Below, in pieces: positions 13,755-29,370 of a DNA stretch of 64,000 nucleotides. Where the stretch lies: NCBI RefSeq assembly GCF_001194135.2, contig NC_068982.1, positions 2,101,576-2,165,575 of the forward strand. Direction: 5' to 3'. Each line of letters begins with the position of its first letter. The first letter of the stretch is position 1. Both the position numbers and the translations under genes were made by a program. The notes below the pieces were generated by a model. It was not told the DNA's origin and did no database searches. It saw only the letters and a program-made list of their open reading frames with translations. The DNA comes from Octopus bimaculoides (taxonomy: Eukaryota).

Positions 13755-14440
13755 GCTGATAGATTGATTTACTTATATATATATATATATATGTATNNNN
13801 NNNNNNNNNNNNNNNNNNNNNNNNNNNNNNNNNNNNNNNNNNNNNNNNNNNNNNNNNNNNNNNNNNNNNNNNNNNNNNNNNNNNNNNNNNNNNNNNNNNN
13901 NNNNNNNNNTATATATATATATATATATATCTGTATGTATGCATATATATTTCTCGTATATTTTGCGTAGATATGCATGTAAAAGGATATGTGAGAATGT
14001 GTGTGCGAGAACACCTAGTCTATACAGTGACACGAAAGCTCATACAAGCTTAATTTCGCATATACATGCTCACATACATACATAAACACCCACACACACT
14101 CACAGATACACACATCTATGCATATATGGCTTTTTTTCTTATTTACAAGTAGACGTTATCTGATATCGATTATTGAAACATAATTGTTGCCTCCAAAGAA
14201 TTAATATCCTTATCAATATTTAAAGCAGAAGAGCTATTATAATGCATTTCTATATTCACCTGTAACTTTACACTCCCACCCAATTAAAACAGCAATATTT
14301 ACAATGGGTGATTCTTGCATTTGGTAATACATTTTCATTGTACTACAGAATAACGTAATTTGCTATACTTGATAAATTCATAGTTACTGTTTTGAATGCC
14401 CGATTTGAAATGTCATCGCAAACATGTTTGTGTGCATGTA

Positions 14441-14519
<79 letters not shown>

Positions 14520-14542
14520 AAGAGAAATAGAGATAGAGAGAA

Positions 14543-14578
<36 letters not shown>

Positions 14579-14864
14579 GAAACGATAAGAATGGAGCAAT
14601 AATTAACGAGAAGTGGATCATTGGTGTTTTGAAGTCATTATTTAATTAAAATGAGAGTATGTTTACAGCTGTTTCTATTTATCAAAATGCATTTACCTCG
14701 TTACAATTGATAAACATCTTCAGAACGATTATATGGCAAAGATAAATAGGAAGAAAAATAGAAGGAAAAGAAAGAAAAACGTTCGTTAATTCAATAGTCT
14801 TACATTCTAGTGACTTACACATCTATCCCTTACATGGTTGCATAACCTCTAACTTTTATCTTAC

Positions 14865-14899
<35 letters not shown>

Positions 14900-14979
14900 C
14901 TAATGTTGAGTGTTTGAAGTGATAAGGCAAAAAACACTTTAACACATCTTTAACGATTCGATAGAATTGTTTCTGTTCC

Positions 14980-15129
14980 AACTCCACTTGCAACGCCAGT
15001 TTATGCAAAAATTCGAAGTAAAAATGTAGGTAATATTTGCGGTTTACACGTTAGATTGGCACTTCATCAGACTTGCATAAAAGGCGCGTTTTTAAATTTT
15101 TAACGGAAACTGGCGTTGCAAGAAGAGTT
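14980..15129. mobile_element. ~150-bp MITE candidate
   Basis: Perfect 16-bp inverted repeat CTTGCAACGCCAGTTT (14987-15002) / AAACTGGCGTTGCAAG (15107-15122), extendable to 23 bp with 2 mismatches. Confidence 0.65.
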
Positions 15130-15272
15130 AGTACAGAAACAATTGTAAGAGATCATTAAATATGTGTTGAAGAATTTCATTGGCTTCATAATATTAGGAT
15201 TATTCTTTACTATTCTCCACACAACGGTGTTACAGTCGAGAGACAAGGATTTCCTACACTTGAAGAATTTCG

Positions 15273-15306
<34 letters not shown>

Positions 15307-15369
15307 AATAATGTGCGTGTGTGTGTATGTTTGTATACAGATACACACACATCTCACAGAGTATCTCTC

Positions 15370-16370
15370 TAACATCACACATCAGCGGAGTCATGGTGCG
15401 AATGTTCCGAAGAAAACTAATTGCATATCTTGAAGAGAGTGACTGGCTATCTAACACCTAGCTTAGTTTTCGGCCAGGTAGAAGTTGCCTGCCACAGCTC
15501 TTCTACTACGACTGGATGTAAGAGCAGCTGCTCAACAAATCAAATGTGGACTTGATATATCTCAAATTTGCAAAAGCGTTTGATAAATCAACTATGGAAT
15601 TATAGAATTATATGTCGTAAGCTGCGAAATCTCTGCATAGTTGGGAAACTTGGAGAGTGGCTTCATGGCTTCCTAAAAGAAGGAAATCAGGTAGTAGTAG
15701 ACAATGGTTCTAACTTCAACGAAACGATAATAATGAGTGGATTCCCACAGGGCACTGTCTTGGGGCCGCTGCTATACATAGTAGCCCTCTCAGATGCCCT
15801 CAGCTACTCAAACCCTTTGATAGCTATGCAGGTGTTACTAACGTCTCTCAGAGGAAACACAACCCTGAAGATCTTGCGCACCTGCAGCAGAAGTTGAACG
15901 TGGTATACATGTGGGCTGGAATAATATGCAGCTTAACGCTAGAAAATTCCGAGCCCCGCGCTTCCAACACATGGAGCTAAATGAAATGTAAACGTGTCAC
16001 TTAAAGATTGCATTGCCTATATCAAAATCACTGATGTGGGCATTGCGATGAGTACTGATGCACCCCCACAGGTGTATATTATTAAATTGGCAATAAAATG
16101 CAGACGGTTGGCTGGATGGATCTTTCGAACTTTCAGAGCAAGTCAATAGAAAAGCAAGTCAGACATTTTACTGCATGCGTTAGGACTACTGGCCATCATT
16201 ATGGACACTGCATCTTGTAAAATTAAGGACAGACCTCGAAGCAACCCAGCGAAACTACACACAGACGATCGTCTCAATACGGCATTTCAGTTGCACAGAA
16301 ATTGAACAATTCAAGACTCGACCTTTGAACGTAGGTGGAAAAGATATGCAGTCATACTTATAGATTCATC
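15370..16370 (+). mobile_element. CR1-clade LINE RT fragment, decayed
   Basis: SFRPGRSCLPQL, VDLIYLKFAKAFDK, GKLGEWLHGFLKEGNQVVV...SGFPQGTVLGPLLYIV, followed by a degraded C-terminus. Confidence 0.85.
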
Positions 16371-16473
16371 TAGAAAATCCTACAAGAATTTACATTCAAA
16401 CTCTGACATTGAAAGTTAAACAAACAAGAGCCAGCCACGCACGCGCGCGCACGCGCACGCACACACGCACACG

Positions 16474-16522
<49 letters not shown>

Positions 16523-17950
16523 ATCCACTCAAACGTTTGTGTTAAATTTCCGATTTCAATGAGCTGCATGATCCGTTTTTTTTGTGGAATCTAAACTCCA
16601 TTAATTATGGTGGTACTAATTTTTCGTTTATCAGTAAATTTCCTTCATAGACGCCGCTGTATAGAACTACAAATTCATGTATAATACGTTTTGGTAAAAT
16701 CCATGTTAATTTTAATATATAATACTTCCAAGTATTTTGTTCCGGTGGAGGCATATGTCATGCTCTAACTGCACGTTTCTCCGCCTGTGTTTGCACACCA
16801 ACATAATCTACAAGCTTGGAAATAAATTCTATTGGAGAGAAAGTGAGCTTTTTTCAGAATATTGCAGTGCATGCTGTACTGTATATTGACATGAACCGTA
16901 TGTTCTACGACAAAAACGAACGAAGCACATTTGGGAAAAAAACAGACATGGTTCATCCATATAATCGTTCGGTGTTCAGCATGAGAACATGCTATAATTG
17001 GTGAACTCAAAAACAAATAGGATCAGATGTTCTCAAATTCAACTTCAGTGCAAGTGAGAACATACACGTATTTTACATAACGTATATCAGGATATGCAAG
17101 ATAACTTTAGCAAATAATATCAAAACCATCCACAAAATTATAGACAATTCGTGTAGGAATATCCTGGAGTAAAATCTGGTCCTAACAACAATGGATGTCT
17201 CTAATATGCAGCGGAACCGAGTTAATGAAATTCCTCCAACAGTAACACCTTATGGTATATTATGATTGATTATGAAGTATTTGAGGTCCAAAAATTGTAG
17301 GAAGGACATAGACCGATATTCATTGTAATGTCTTGTTAAAATAAAACACTGGATCCACATCCACAACGAAAATTCACCACGCCATCAATGTATATCTCTC
17401 ATTTTTGTCTTCAGTTTTGCAACTGATTCCCTCTTCATTTACATCAAGTAAATAATAACACGACTTGATATCATAAGTCTGACACAAGTTATACGATCTA
17501 TGCATTATGCTGTTTCTTTATAGCACTTAAATTTAAAAAATCAATCAAGCATCCACCAAACATATGCAATAATAATAAAACTTCATCTTTTACAAGAATG
17601 GATTTTAGCCTACTTTACTGATTAAGAGAAACTCATTCTGATATTAAAATGCTTTTAAATTATCACGAATGAACTCCAATCAGTATTATTTCTCAAGGTA
17701 AATTTCTTTCCCAAATCGAGCCTGAATGGAATGAATATATATAATCACACCCTGGCATGTACAGTTATCGCTTCTGTATCAAATGTGGTTGAATACACAT
17801 ATAACGACTAACTTAGAACATATACATACATATATATTATGCAATTTAACTCAAGCAAAATAAGACAAGTGACACATTTCGTTTCTTGTATGTAAATACA
17901 ATTATACCCCTATTACTGGACCATCTCGTATGATAGTCATATATATATAT

Positions 17951-17993
<43 letters not shown>

Positions 17994-20900
17994 GATGGAT
18001 GGATGGATGGATGGATGTAAGGCAAGATGACTTAAGAACGTTACTAATCTAAATGAAATATAAATGTAAGGAAATGTGAATATATTTAATATATTTCAAA
18101 GAAATCCTGGTCCATGTCTATCTGAGTCTATTAAATCAAGCTGTCCTGACTATCTAAATTTTTATCCTATTTCTGTACGTGTATACATCTAAATATATGT
18201 GAATGTATATGCCTAGACCTATATTATATTTAGATGCATTCGTGTGAATTTGCGTGTGTGACAGTGTGACAAAGTGTGTAGGCTTCTATAATATTTTTTA
18301 GTAATAATAATTCGAAAAACATTATTAACCAATTTTAGACAGTGATAATTAGTTTTATGTCACGCTTAGTCAACATACAACAAAGGTCATATGCCAACAT
18401 TTGTAAACCCCTTAGGTCTTGCCTTTCTGACATATAATTGGATTGTTAGAAAGTAATCCTATTACCATTTGCTGCTTTTCATTTCATAGAAGGCCAATGT
18501 TCACCGCACTGTAAAAACAAAAGACAAGAGCAACACTGCTTCTAGCTAATGTTCATATACATTATGCGCCGATAAACAGTCCATTAAAATATTTTATCTA
18601 TCAATTAGCAATTCATGCCAAACAGTGCTACAATTGTAATCGCTTTAAAAGCCTCGATATTTATGCATCTATTTACACTAACGCACACAAAAACACACGC
18701 GCTTTATATATACATGTATATATACGTGTGTGTATTTATGTGTATGTATGTATATGTATGTCTATATATGTGTATGTATGTATGTAAGCATACGAGGAGG
18801 AATTCAGATGAAGGAGTTACGCAAATAATATAATTTATATATTTGCTTCTCAAAACTCTGCCAGAATAGAAACGAGTTTATATTAAATATAGTAAATATA
18901 TGCCTGAAATATGAATTATTAATAGTTTCTTTAGCTGCACATTCTCTTGGTTTGGGGTCACTTTAGTTCAGCACGAGGGTCAAGCATATTGGATTAGCCA
19001 ATGGAGACGACTTACTTTCAATATAATTCTGTGTATCGGAGGAGAGAATATCGCATATATCCTTTCATATTGATTATCTGATTGCTTTTGAAATACGTTA
19101 TTCAATACTACTTATTTATTCTCAAATCTGTCTGAGAATAAATCGTTGGATTTATTTTCACAAAAGAGTAAAAACCATTCCTTTAATCAACTGACGCAAT
19201 GATGCCATCCTCATTTACCGCCCTAATCATTCATATATTATCAGCTTCATTCAAATTTTGGCGTAACGATGCAATATTTTCTCAAAAGATGATTTAATAT
19301 ATGTTATTTCAATCTACAACTAAACATATCATCTGTGGGTGTCCATATACTTTTTCCATGGCATCTTTACAAATTATTTAACTGCATATATTTTAAATAT
19401 TGTGAGATATTCGCAATATTGGCGGATTGTAATACGGGTGCATGTATGATCGAGCAAGATATTCTGTTATTTGTATCTCCATGGTTACCAACGTTGAAAT
19501 AACAGTCACTGCTACGAGTGATATTATAATTATTGAAAATATTCTGTTATATTGGTTAGAGGGTAAATGTGATGAGCATTGCTAAAGAATTCCTTGCTTT
19601 GTTGTATTCCGCTTAGTAATGTTGGACAGTTGAAGAAGCCGATTTTTTTTCATTACTATGTTTTTCCAACTCCTTTCTTATTACGTTTTACTTTTAGTTT
19701 TGTTTTCTTAAATTCCTTTTTTCCAGTACACTGCTGAGTATAAGACACTGAAGATGCTCCGCTAGGAAGTAATTCCTATTGATATGTAATTAAATGTATT
19801 TCTCAACACGTCAACCACGTAAACATGCTATATCTTACGGATTGGTTCCGTCCTTCATACACATCCCGTTATTTATTCATTTACGTTATTCATAATCTTC
19901 CTCCGAAAGAAATTTGTCACATACATTGTAATCATGAAGTCGTTTGACACGATAACAGTATATGTTTTGTCTATTTAAATGTATTTAAAGATGGATATGA
20001 CAATAAAGTGTGTCGTCTGTTAAGTAACCATACAAATGAAGTAATTTCAGAGCAAAGAGTACTATATTAATGTAGTGGGAGTTAACGGATAGTCTTCAAT
20101 GTTTAATCAAGGACAAAGCATTTTTGATAATCATAGTGAAAATTAGTCAAATGATTTAATGATATCAAAAGCGTAAATTAACGCAAACTAATTAAACTAA
20201 AATTTATTTCAGTTACCAATCAAATGTTGAAACATTCTGAATATGATACCTGATTAAATATTAGAGTATCGGCACAGACAAAGAAGGCAAAGTATTCTTA
20301 AATAAGAAACAACACTTCACGTACATCCGATAGAATATGGATTAAACGATTACCATCTGGAAAGATCCAAGTAATGCCACATGTGAAGAAATAGCAGGAA
20401 GAGAGCATTCCATTTTGAATTGTACACGCAATATACGGCTTCAAATATTACAAACTGAAATGATTGAAGTTAGTTTTGGTGAAATGGTAATGCCATAGGG
20501 ATTCTTCTCGCAAGCCTCATATAAATTACAGAACACATGAAATTCTGTTAGTTCACTATTATATTTCAATTATACATTCATTTAATTGTATTTGAACATG
20601 CTAACTGAAATACAAGTAACACGTACTTAATATTTTAGCAAACTGTTGACTCCTAAGCGTTTCGAAATAATATTCGTATCTGTTGTTGTCCAAGATGGAG
20701 TAATTAATAAATATAGTGGGATATATTAAAAGAAAATAAAATGCTAAACACAAGAAAATAAAACGACGCACAGTAGCTCTTTGGAGTCCGTCAGTCAGAC
20801 TCCAGTGAGTTGCTTTGTCAATGAAATGTAGCTAACAATTGATTGAGAAAAAAATATTTAGATATAGAAATATATGTCGAAAAAGAAAAATCTGATTTCA

Positions 20901-22747
20901 ACGGTTGATGTTATTGTTATGTTTTCACTGCGAACTGAAAGTATATTTCATTTGTTATAAAATAGTGACATTATGTGAAACATTGACTGACTCGGATGAA
21001 CTTTCAAATATCTTATACAAGCAAGATATCAATTATTTTGTGTTTAGAAATAAGAACAAATAAGTATAATTAATTAGAGACAAAAATATCAAGAAGAAAG
21101 TAGAGTAATTAAAAATTCGAAAAAACAGCGATAAATCAAACCCATTAGACATCGCTGGTCAAATTATAAACGTAGTGTGAACCATAGGCTAGAAGGTATT
21201 TCCATTACACGATGGAGCCTTGTCAAATAATTACTTTTAAAATCATAGTTTGTGGCAAATTATCGAAAGCAGAAAAGGACCCAGTCGTATGAGAGCGGAG
21301 TGGTATGGCTTAGGAGAGCGGAGGAGTATGGTATAAGGAAATATCAACCTCCCAATAAATGAGTATGTAAAGACGCAAACCTATATCATGGCAAATGCAA
21401 ATTTCGCGACGAAGGAATGAGTATGAATAAAATTAATGTAAGAGGAACGAGGAGTAAATTGATAACGAAAAATTAATAGTTAGATTAAACACAGTATAAA
21501 AAGAAATGGGCGTAACGTTAAGCAATAATCGGCTTCGATAAAGTGAGATTGTCAGGAAAGTTTATTTTCTTAATCTTTATTGAATGATTTCTCGTAAATA
21601 TAAGCAAGGTGAAATGTGAGAACTCTGTAACAGGTAAAATGCAATTTTACTAGTGGAGTTGATTAAAAACTGTTGAACAGGGGAAATGCAACTCGCAGTG
21701 AATGCAACGTGTTTGCCGAAAATGAATACGGGCAGAACTAATGAAGTACTCGTGTAAAATGCATAAACAAACATTATTAAGTGTGTAATACTGCAAATAA
21801 TAGAATATGATTGTGCTAGCGAATGAATACACATAAATACACAAACATAGCCATACATACATACATATATGCGTGCGTGCGTGCGTGTGTGTGTGTGAAT
21901 GTTTGTATATGTGTGTGTGTAAAAGGGACAATGTTAAAGATAACTTATTTATATAGTTAGACGGGCTCTTATGTCTGTGCGCGGCGCACAAATGAAGTCC
22001 ACTAATTCATCTTTACAGATAGGTGTATTTTATTAGAGTATCATTGTCAGATGTTTTACTGCTCACAGTTAATTTGTCTCCTGAATAAGTGCAATCATGT
22101 CGTCTTCATTTGCCAACGAAGTTTATACTGATGCTGACTTCGGTTCACGTCGTCAGTTGTCATGAAAATAAACACTTTCAAAACGATTAGTTTTATCTGT
22201 GACGGTGAAGTTTGTGTCAATACGCTGAGACTAGAATCGCATGAAATGGCAAAACATTGCTAATGAAATTCCTTTAGTACACCACAAGCCGAACAAAACC
22301 AATCACATGCTCAGTGACTCAAGTATTACCAATATCATATGCTTAATGCATGCGTTTTGCTAAACGCTACAGATCTGCGATATTTGGTCCAAAGTAGTTC
22401 CTTTTAAATGACATGTAATGCTAATAATCACACTATACCTCAAAGATAGGCGAAATGAAATCGCCCCGGGAGGTGACGACGAGCGATATTTTGTGTTATT
22501 TACCCTCTTCAGTGTTGCTATCAAGAAGGAGATGTAGATGACGCTGCCGTGCGGAATTAACCATGGAATATCAGTTTCAATCGCTTTCAATCACTCCCGG
22601 AGTGATTTCATTTCACTTTGCTCTGAAGCTTAGTGTGTTTTAACTCTACAAAGGAACTTCCTTTAGACGAACCATCACAGTTTAACAAAACACATACGTT
22701 AAGTATTTGGTAGCGGTAATACTCAAATAACTGAGCTGTTTGAAACG

Positions 22748-22856
<109 letters not shown>

Positions 22857-23252
22857 CAGACAGAGATAATAGCATGGGGGTACAACGCTCCATTAGTATT
22901 CTACTCTATGCCGGGTGAAGACAATTTGGTTTCTTTCTACTTTCAAGAGATCAATAAAATTAATTACTCAACGAAATATTTCACTCAACCTTTCAGCTTC
23001 GCCTCAAATGGATGGAAATCGCCAAACAATAATACACGCACGCGCAAACACACACACGTACACATTCGGTAATCTACGTATGTATTTCTCTGTATGAATG
23101 AATATACATATATATAAATGTGTGTGTGTGTGTGTGTGCATGCGTGTGTGTGTACGTGTGTACATGCATATATNNNNNNNNNNNNNNNNNNATATATAGA
23201 GGAACATATGAACATGTATACTTATAAATATATATATATATATATTTATATA

Positions 23253-23890
<638 letters not shown>

Positions 23891-24246
23891 TAAAGAAACT
23901 TAGTCGATTGATATATTTTAGTAATTCATTTTGATAATCTATTTTAATCGATTTGTATATACTTTTTCCGGACAGGCCCTTCTATACATTTGCTATTTTT
24001 ATATGTGCACATATATTTTTTACCTTCGGTGCTTATATATGTATTTCTTTATAAGTCGAAGGCTATGGTATTATTTGTATGCAATGACATGTATAGAACC
24101 GTTGTGTTTATATAAAGTCGCTGGCACGAGTTTTATGTTTGTTCTCTACTCAATGATCTTTTGTCTCCGTCTCAATTTCACTTGAGCACATTTTTGCAGT
24201 CCTATATATCTTTTTATTTCCATAAAAAAACGATTATTATTTCTTG

Positions 24247-24289
<43 letters not shown>

Positions 24290-24351
24290 NNNNNNNNNNN
24301 NNNNTCTTTTTATGGAAATAAAAAAAAGATATATAGGACTGCAAAAATGTG

Positions 24352-24407
<56 letters not shown>

Positions 24408-25548
24408 AGATCCAAGGATCGAGTTGTAGGAAGAATGCTAGCTTCAAGCAATCTGTAGTAAATATTAAAAAAACACCTTTCGGGGTCAATAGTGGTTTAC
24501 TGAGGCGGGAGGTTGTGGATTCTTTTTTCTTATCGAAATAATATATATTAAAAAAGAAGTTCTTTATATTTCGTGGTAGGCCAAGGATATCTTGATTAAA
24601 TGAAAGTTTACATTGTCGCAAGGTTGTACATGTTATCACAGAATGTGTACACATGTATATATATATTTATGTGCCCGTTCGTGCGTGTGTGTTTGTTTGT
24701 GCAGTTAGATGTACGACATACGTATATATGCATGCGTGTATGTATGTGTTAGCGCGGGCGTGTATATGTATATATATATTTATAGAAATACGGAATCATA
24801 CATACATTGGTTGTATGTATACGTATGTCTGTATGGGATAGGTTGAGCGTATTCCTGTTTCACTTAATTTCTTTTGCCTAATTAGTATGTAGTTCAATAT
24901 ACAATGACAACATTTACTGGTGCACATAAAATGTCGGTACACATATTGCAGTTAAGTAATTAATAAGTATATCTACATTTTTCTTCTATTTACTTATAAG
25001 AAAATGCGTTGCTTACAACAATCGAAGTTAAGATCGTCAGTTCAGAGGAATATTTCGCACGTATTTCAACTGAAACACTATCTGTTATTTACCTTGATAC
25101 AAATTTACTATAAATATTTCCCCTGTATGTATTTCTAGTTACTTTGTATATCCAACGCGTATATATTGTGCTGAAAAATAGACCAATACAAAGGTACACG
25201 TACAGACACACCCATATACATACGTATATGTAAATGCATGCACACAAACATTCATGCTTATATACGTATACACGTGCACAAATACATACAGACGAACCCA
25301 AACACACACAAACACGCATCTGTAAAACTGTATCGACGAGACTTGTCAGTTGTTAAAGATCGCTGCTCAAGCCATACAATGCTGAAAGAAATAAGTAGAC
25401 AGCAAAAAGATAATTAGTAGCAAGGATGTATTGTATATGAAGAAGCAATTTATCTCAAACGTAAGCGATAGGAAGCATTGTTTAAAATATTTCAAGTTGA
25501 TGGTGATGGACTGTTTTATTTCGTAAAATATTAAATGGATACATTTAA

Positions 25549-26073
25549 CCCATTGACTGCCATAGGCCCCATTTGGGGATCTGCTAAAACCAGTCTCAGT
25601 GCCGGTTGATCGTTGTATTTAAAGGGAATTCCCTATGTCCATTGGATCCACAGGGGTGTGTTTAACAATATTTAGTAGTTAAAGTTTGACGTTATTTCCT
25701 CTGGTTAATTGTAGAGAACATTTTATGTCATAAATTCGCAATTTTTGAATTACAAAAATATTGACTGCTTTGAAAACTTTTTGTTTGTTTGCATTTCCCA
25801 CCTCTATCATTTATTGATACTCTACACACCTTCGCATTTGATACTATAGTTTGGAAAAAAAAAAAACTAAAATGTTTATTATTGCAATTGAATAGAAAAG
25901 AATAAATATGCTATTTTTTCAGCGATTCCTATTCGGGACTTTTCGAAAATATTATCATAATTTCCAAAATAATTCATATATGAAGAATATTTAAATATTA
26001 TATATTATTTTAACTCCTAATGCAGTGGCAAAGCCAAAAAATATGCATAAAAAAACTTTTGGCATTAAACGGG
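25549..26073. mobile_element. piggyBac-type non-autonomous element
   Basis: TTAA|CCCATTGACTGCCA ... TGGCATTAAACGGG|TTAA: TTAA on both sides, CCC/GGG termini, 11/14 TIR identity. Confidence 0.75.
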
Positions 26074-26164
26074 TTAAAGGTGTTTCAGTTGGAGACAGTG
26101 GAGAAAGACTTGTCCGAAACGCGTCTATGCATTTACACACACACACACATCTATATATTTGACG

Positions 26165-26260
26165 GTCCGCTATAGTATAAGACACATGTCTAAGGTGCCA
26201 TGTAGTGAGATTGAACCCAGCATCATGTGGTTGCAAAACAAAATTTTTACCACCCTGTCA
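26165..26260 (-). mobile_element. tRNA-derived SINE head fragment (family of 57747-58243)
   Basis: Reverse complement resembles AACCACATGGTTCCGGGTTCAGTTCCACTGCGTGGCATCTTGG...GTGTCTTCTACTATAGC. Confidence 0.65.
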
Positions 26261-26879
26261 CACTTCATGTAATTAGCCTTTACTATCACACAAACATTTT
26301 AATTGATGATATAACCCGCCATGTTTTGTTTCATAGTTTGGCAATTTTATCGAATTCATTTTGTAGAAGTTAGCAGATTTACGAAAAGAGAAGAAAATTA
26401 TTACGTAATGAGAAAGCCATATAGGGAAGAAGTTAATTGATAATTTTTTTTTTTTTTTTTGATGAAGTCCTTTTATTCGTTTTTGAACATTTGTCTTTTT
26501 TCCCTATTTCTGTGTTTGAAAAATTAGTCAGTGCCATCTAACAAAATTTTTTGTCAATATTATTTCTAAAGAATGAATTTCGTGTATTCACTCNNNNNNN
26601 NNNNNNNNNNNNNNNNNNNNNNNNNNNNNNNNNNNNNNNNNNNNNNNNNNNNNNNNNNNNNNNNNNNNNNNNNNNNNNNNNNNNNNNNNNNNNNNNNNNN
26701 NNNNNNNNNNNNNNNNNNNNNNNNNNNNNNNGAGCTTCTCCACTGTTTTAATGTTTATGCAAATTATGGTAGCTTGTGCACGTGTACGTTTTAACATAAT
26801 GGCGCGTTGCAAGGCAGTGAGTTGGCAGAATCATAAAGCCGGACAAAATGTTTTGCGGCATTTCGTCTGGATTTACGTA

Positions 26880-27010
26880 CAAAGTTTAAATTCTAGCGAA
26901 ATTCGCTTTACCTTTCATCCATTCGGGGTCAATATAATAGGAGCTAGTTGAGCATTGGCCTCAATGTAATTCACTTACACCCTCCCTCACGGTTGCTGGC
27001 CCTGTGCCAA
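26880..27010 (+). mobile_element. SINE fragment (CTTTGCCTTTCATCC family)
   Basis: CTTTACCTTTCATCCATTCGGGGTCAAT...GCTGGCCCTGTGCCAAAATTT, similar to copies near 31680, 31880, 42050 and 58400. Confidence 0.7.
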
Positions 27011-27529
27011 AATTTCTTAGAAAAGATGGCTTGCTTTATTCTGTGCGTGGGTAAGAGGAAAAAAACAAAACAAAAACTACTTACAAGATGATAATTGCTG
27101 GAAAATATAGTATGAACAGAATTGTCTTTATCTGCGCTCACTAACACAAGCATCATGTCGGTATTACCATTTTTATAAAGAAAATCTGTACCTCTCATTC
27201 ACTAACTCGCTTGTAAAATGAAATATAATTCTAGCAAAGCCATGCACATACAAATGGAAGGCCTTCCTGTATTGTATACACGCGCACACACAGACATATG
27301 CATAAAGACACAGGCACACAAAAATACACACACATTGACGAGAGCACACACATGCTCATGTGCACCACCCCCTATACAGACATGCACAGTCGCTCATGCA
27401 CATACGTACAAAACGAACGAAACATTAGGCAAAGAATTTTCAATTCCTAATTTATCGATGTACAAGTTTGTACAATTTCTATTTCGAAAAATATCACAAA
27501 ACTTTGAAAACAATGTTTTTGGCCGAAAC

Positions 27530-28248
27530 ATATTATCGGCACAAGCTGATTTTGGAGGTGGTGAGTTATCATGCTTCCATTGTTTCGACTGGACTTTAGT
27601 CTCAGGATCATAGTGATGGACCCATGCTTCATATTGTGTGATAAGTCTGCCAAAAAAGTCCACCTTGTTTCTTGGGACATTGCCAAAAGAGCGTGGGAGC
27701 AATTGACTCATTCCTATTTCTGAAAAGGTGAGAGTATCCGGCGAATCCATCATGCGGACAACATTCACATGTGCAATTGGTCGTGAATGATTTTTTCCAC
27801 GGATCCTACACATCTTTACTTCATTGGCTAGTTGCCGAATAGTTATGCGGCGAAACTCCGAAATGGCGGCTTCCACTTTATGGATGGTGTCATCATTAAT
27901 AGCGGAACGTGGTCGTCCAGGAAGGAATATGAGGAGTTTTCACCGGTGTCCAACCACATTTGATCTGACGATTCCAGTGCATGGCTACGGCGCATGATGG
28001 TGCATCATCACCACAAACTTCATTCGTCTCATCGAAAGTCTCCTTTGGTGTACGACCTTTCAAGTATAACAGCCTGATCACTGATCTGCATTCAACTGCC
28101 TCCATTATAACACCTTATCACACGTCAGGCGCGGTAAAAGACAAACGAATACAAGTGGAAAGATGCAATTTACAATGTGACATGTAAAGATATGTACGAG
28201 TATACATGTACAAGTTCCCTTTCCTGCAAAACAGAAGCCAGTCACTCT
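27530..28248 (-). pseudogene. mariner transposase remnant (irritans/Hsmar2-like) with 5' leader
   Basis: MEAVECRSVIRLLYLKGRTPKETFDE...DDAPS (N-terminal HTH), RRITIRQLANEV, RLITQYEAWVHHYDPETKVQSKQWKHDNSPPPK. Frameshifted and truncated before the second catalytic Asp. Confidence 0.9.
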
Positions 28249-28257
28249 AGTGTGTAA

Positions 28258-28311
<54 letters not shown>

Positions 28312-29318
28312 NNNNNNNNNNNNNNNNNNNNNNNNNNNNNNNNNNNNNNNNNNNNNNNNNNNNNNNNNNNNNNNNNNNNNNNNNNNNNNNNNNNNNNNNN
28401 NNNNNNNNNNNNNNNNNNNNNNNNNNNNNNNNNNNNNNNNNNNNNNNNNNNNNNNNNNNNNNNNNNNNNNNNNNNNNNNNNNNNNNNNNNNNNNNNNNNN
28501 NNNNNNNNNNNNNNNNNNNNNNNNNNNNNNNNNNNNNNNNNNNNNNNNNNNNNNNNNNNNNNNNNNNNNNNNNNNNNNNNNNNNNNNNNNNNNNNNNNNN
28601 NTATATATGTGTGTGTGTGTGTGCATGGGTATATGTGCATGTGTGTATGTATATACGTACCAATTAATGAAAACAAAACCCGTTCTAATATGATAACGTG
28701 CGTTTCAGTATACTGATATTTGAGTGCTTGTGGACATACTAATTAAAAAGAGAGATACGTATTTGCGGGAAAATTTAGAAATACAGAGAGACAAGAAAGG
28801 CAGTGTTAGACAAAACAGGTAGTAAATCTCTGTATCTACAGCTTTTCAATAACGACACTGATGCAAATTCAATTTTCATTCGTTTATTTATGTTTATTGA
28901 AGTTGCCATGACTCCTGATACTGTGAGATGTATCATTCACACATGACTACATAAATACAGGACGAGATGGGAAAACGTATGCTTTCATATTCAGTATTTT
29001 TGCAGTATTTTATGAAATTTCTTCTACATGTTTGTTTAATTGCCAAACAAAGGTATATGTTATTATACATACACATCAATATACACGCACAGAGACACTC
29101 AGTCACACAGATTTTCTCGCTTCATTTCTCTCTCACTTTTCATATTCCTGTCTCATACATACATACATATATACATACATACATATATATATATATACAT
29201 ACATATATATATATATACATACATATATATATATATATACATACATATATATATATATACATACATATATATATATACATACATATATATATATATACAT
29301 ACATATATATATATATAT

Positions 29319-29369
<51 letters not shown>

Positions 29370-29370
<1 letters not shown>

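Noticed and set aside
24183-24355. ~48-bp inverted repeat flanking (TA)n and a small gap
   Set aside because: The arms are identical except for homopolymer length and straddle an assembly gap, so this is most likely a scaffolding or fold-back artefact.
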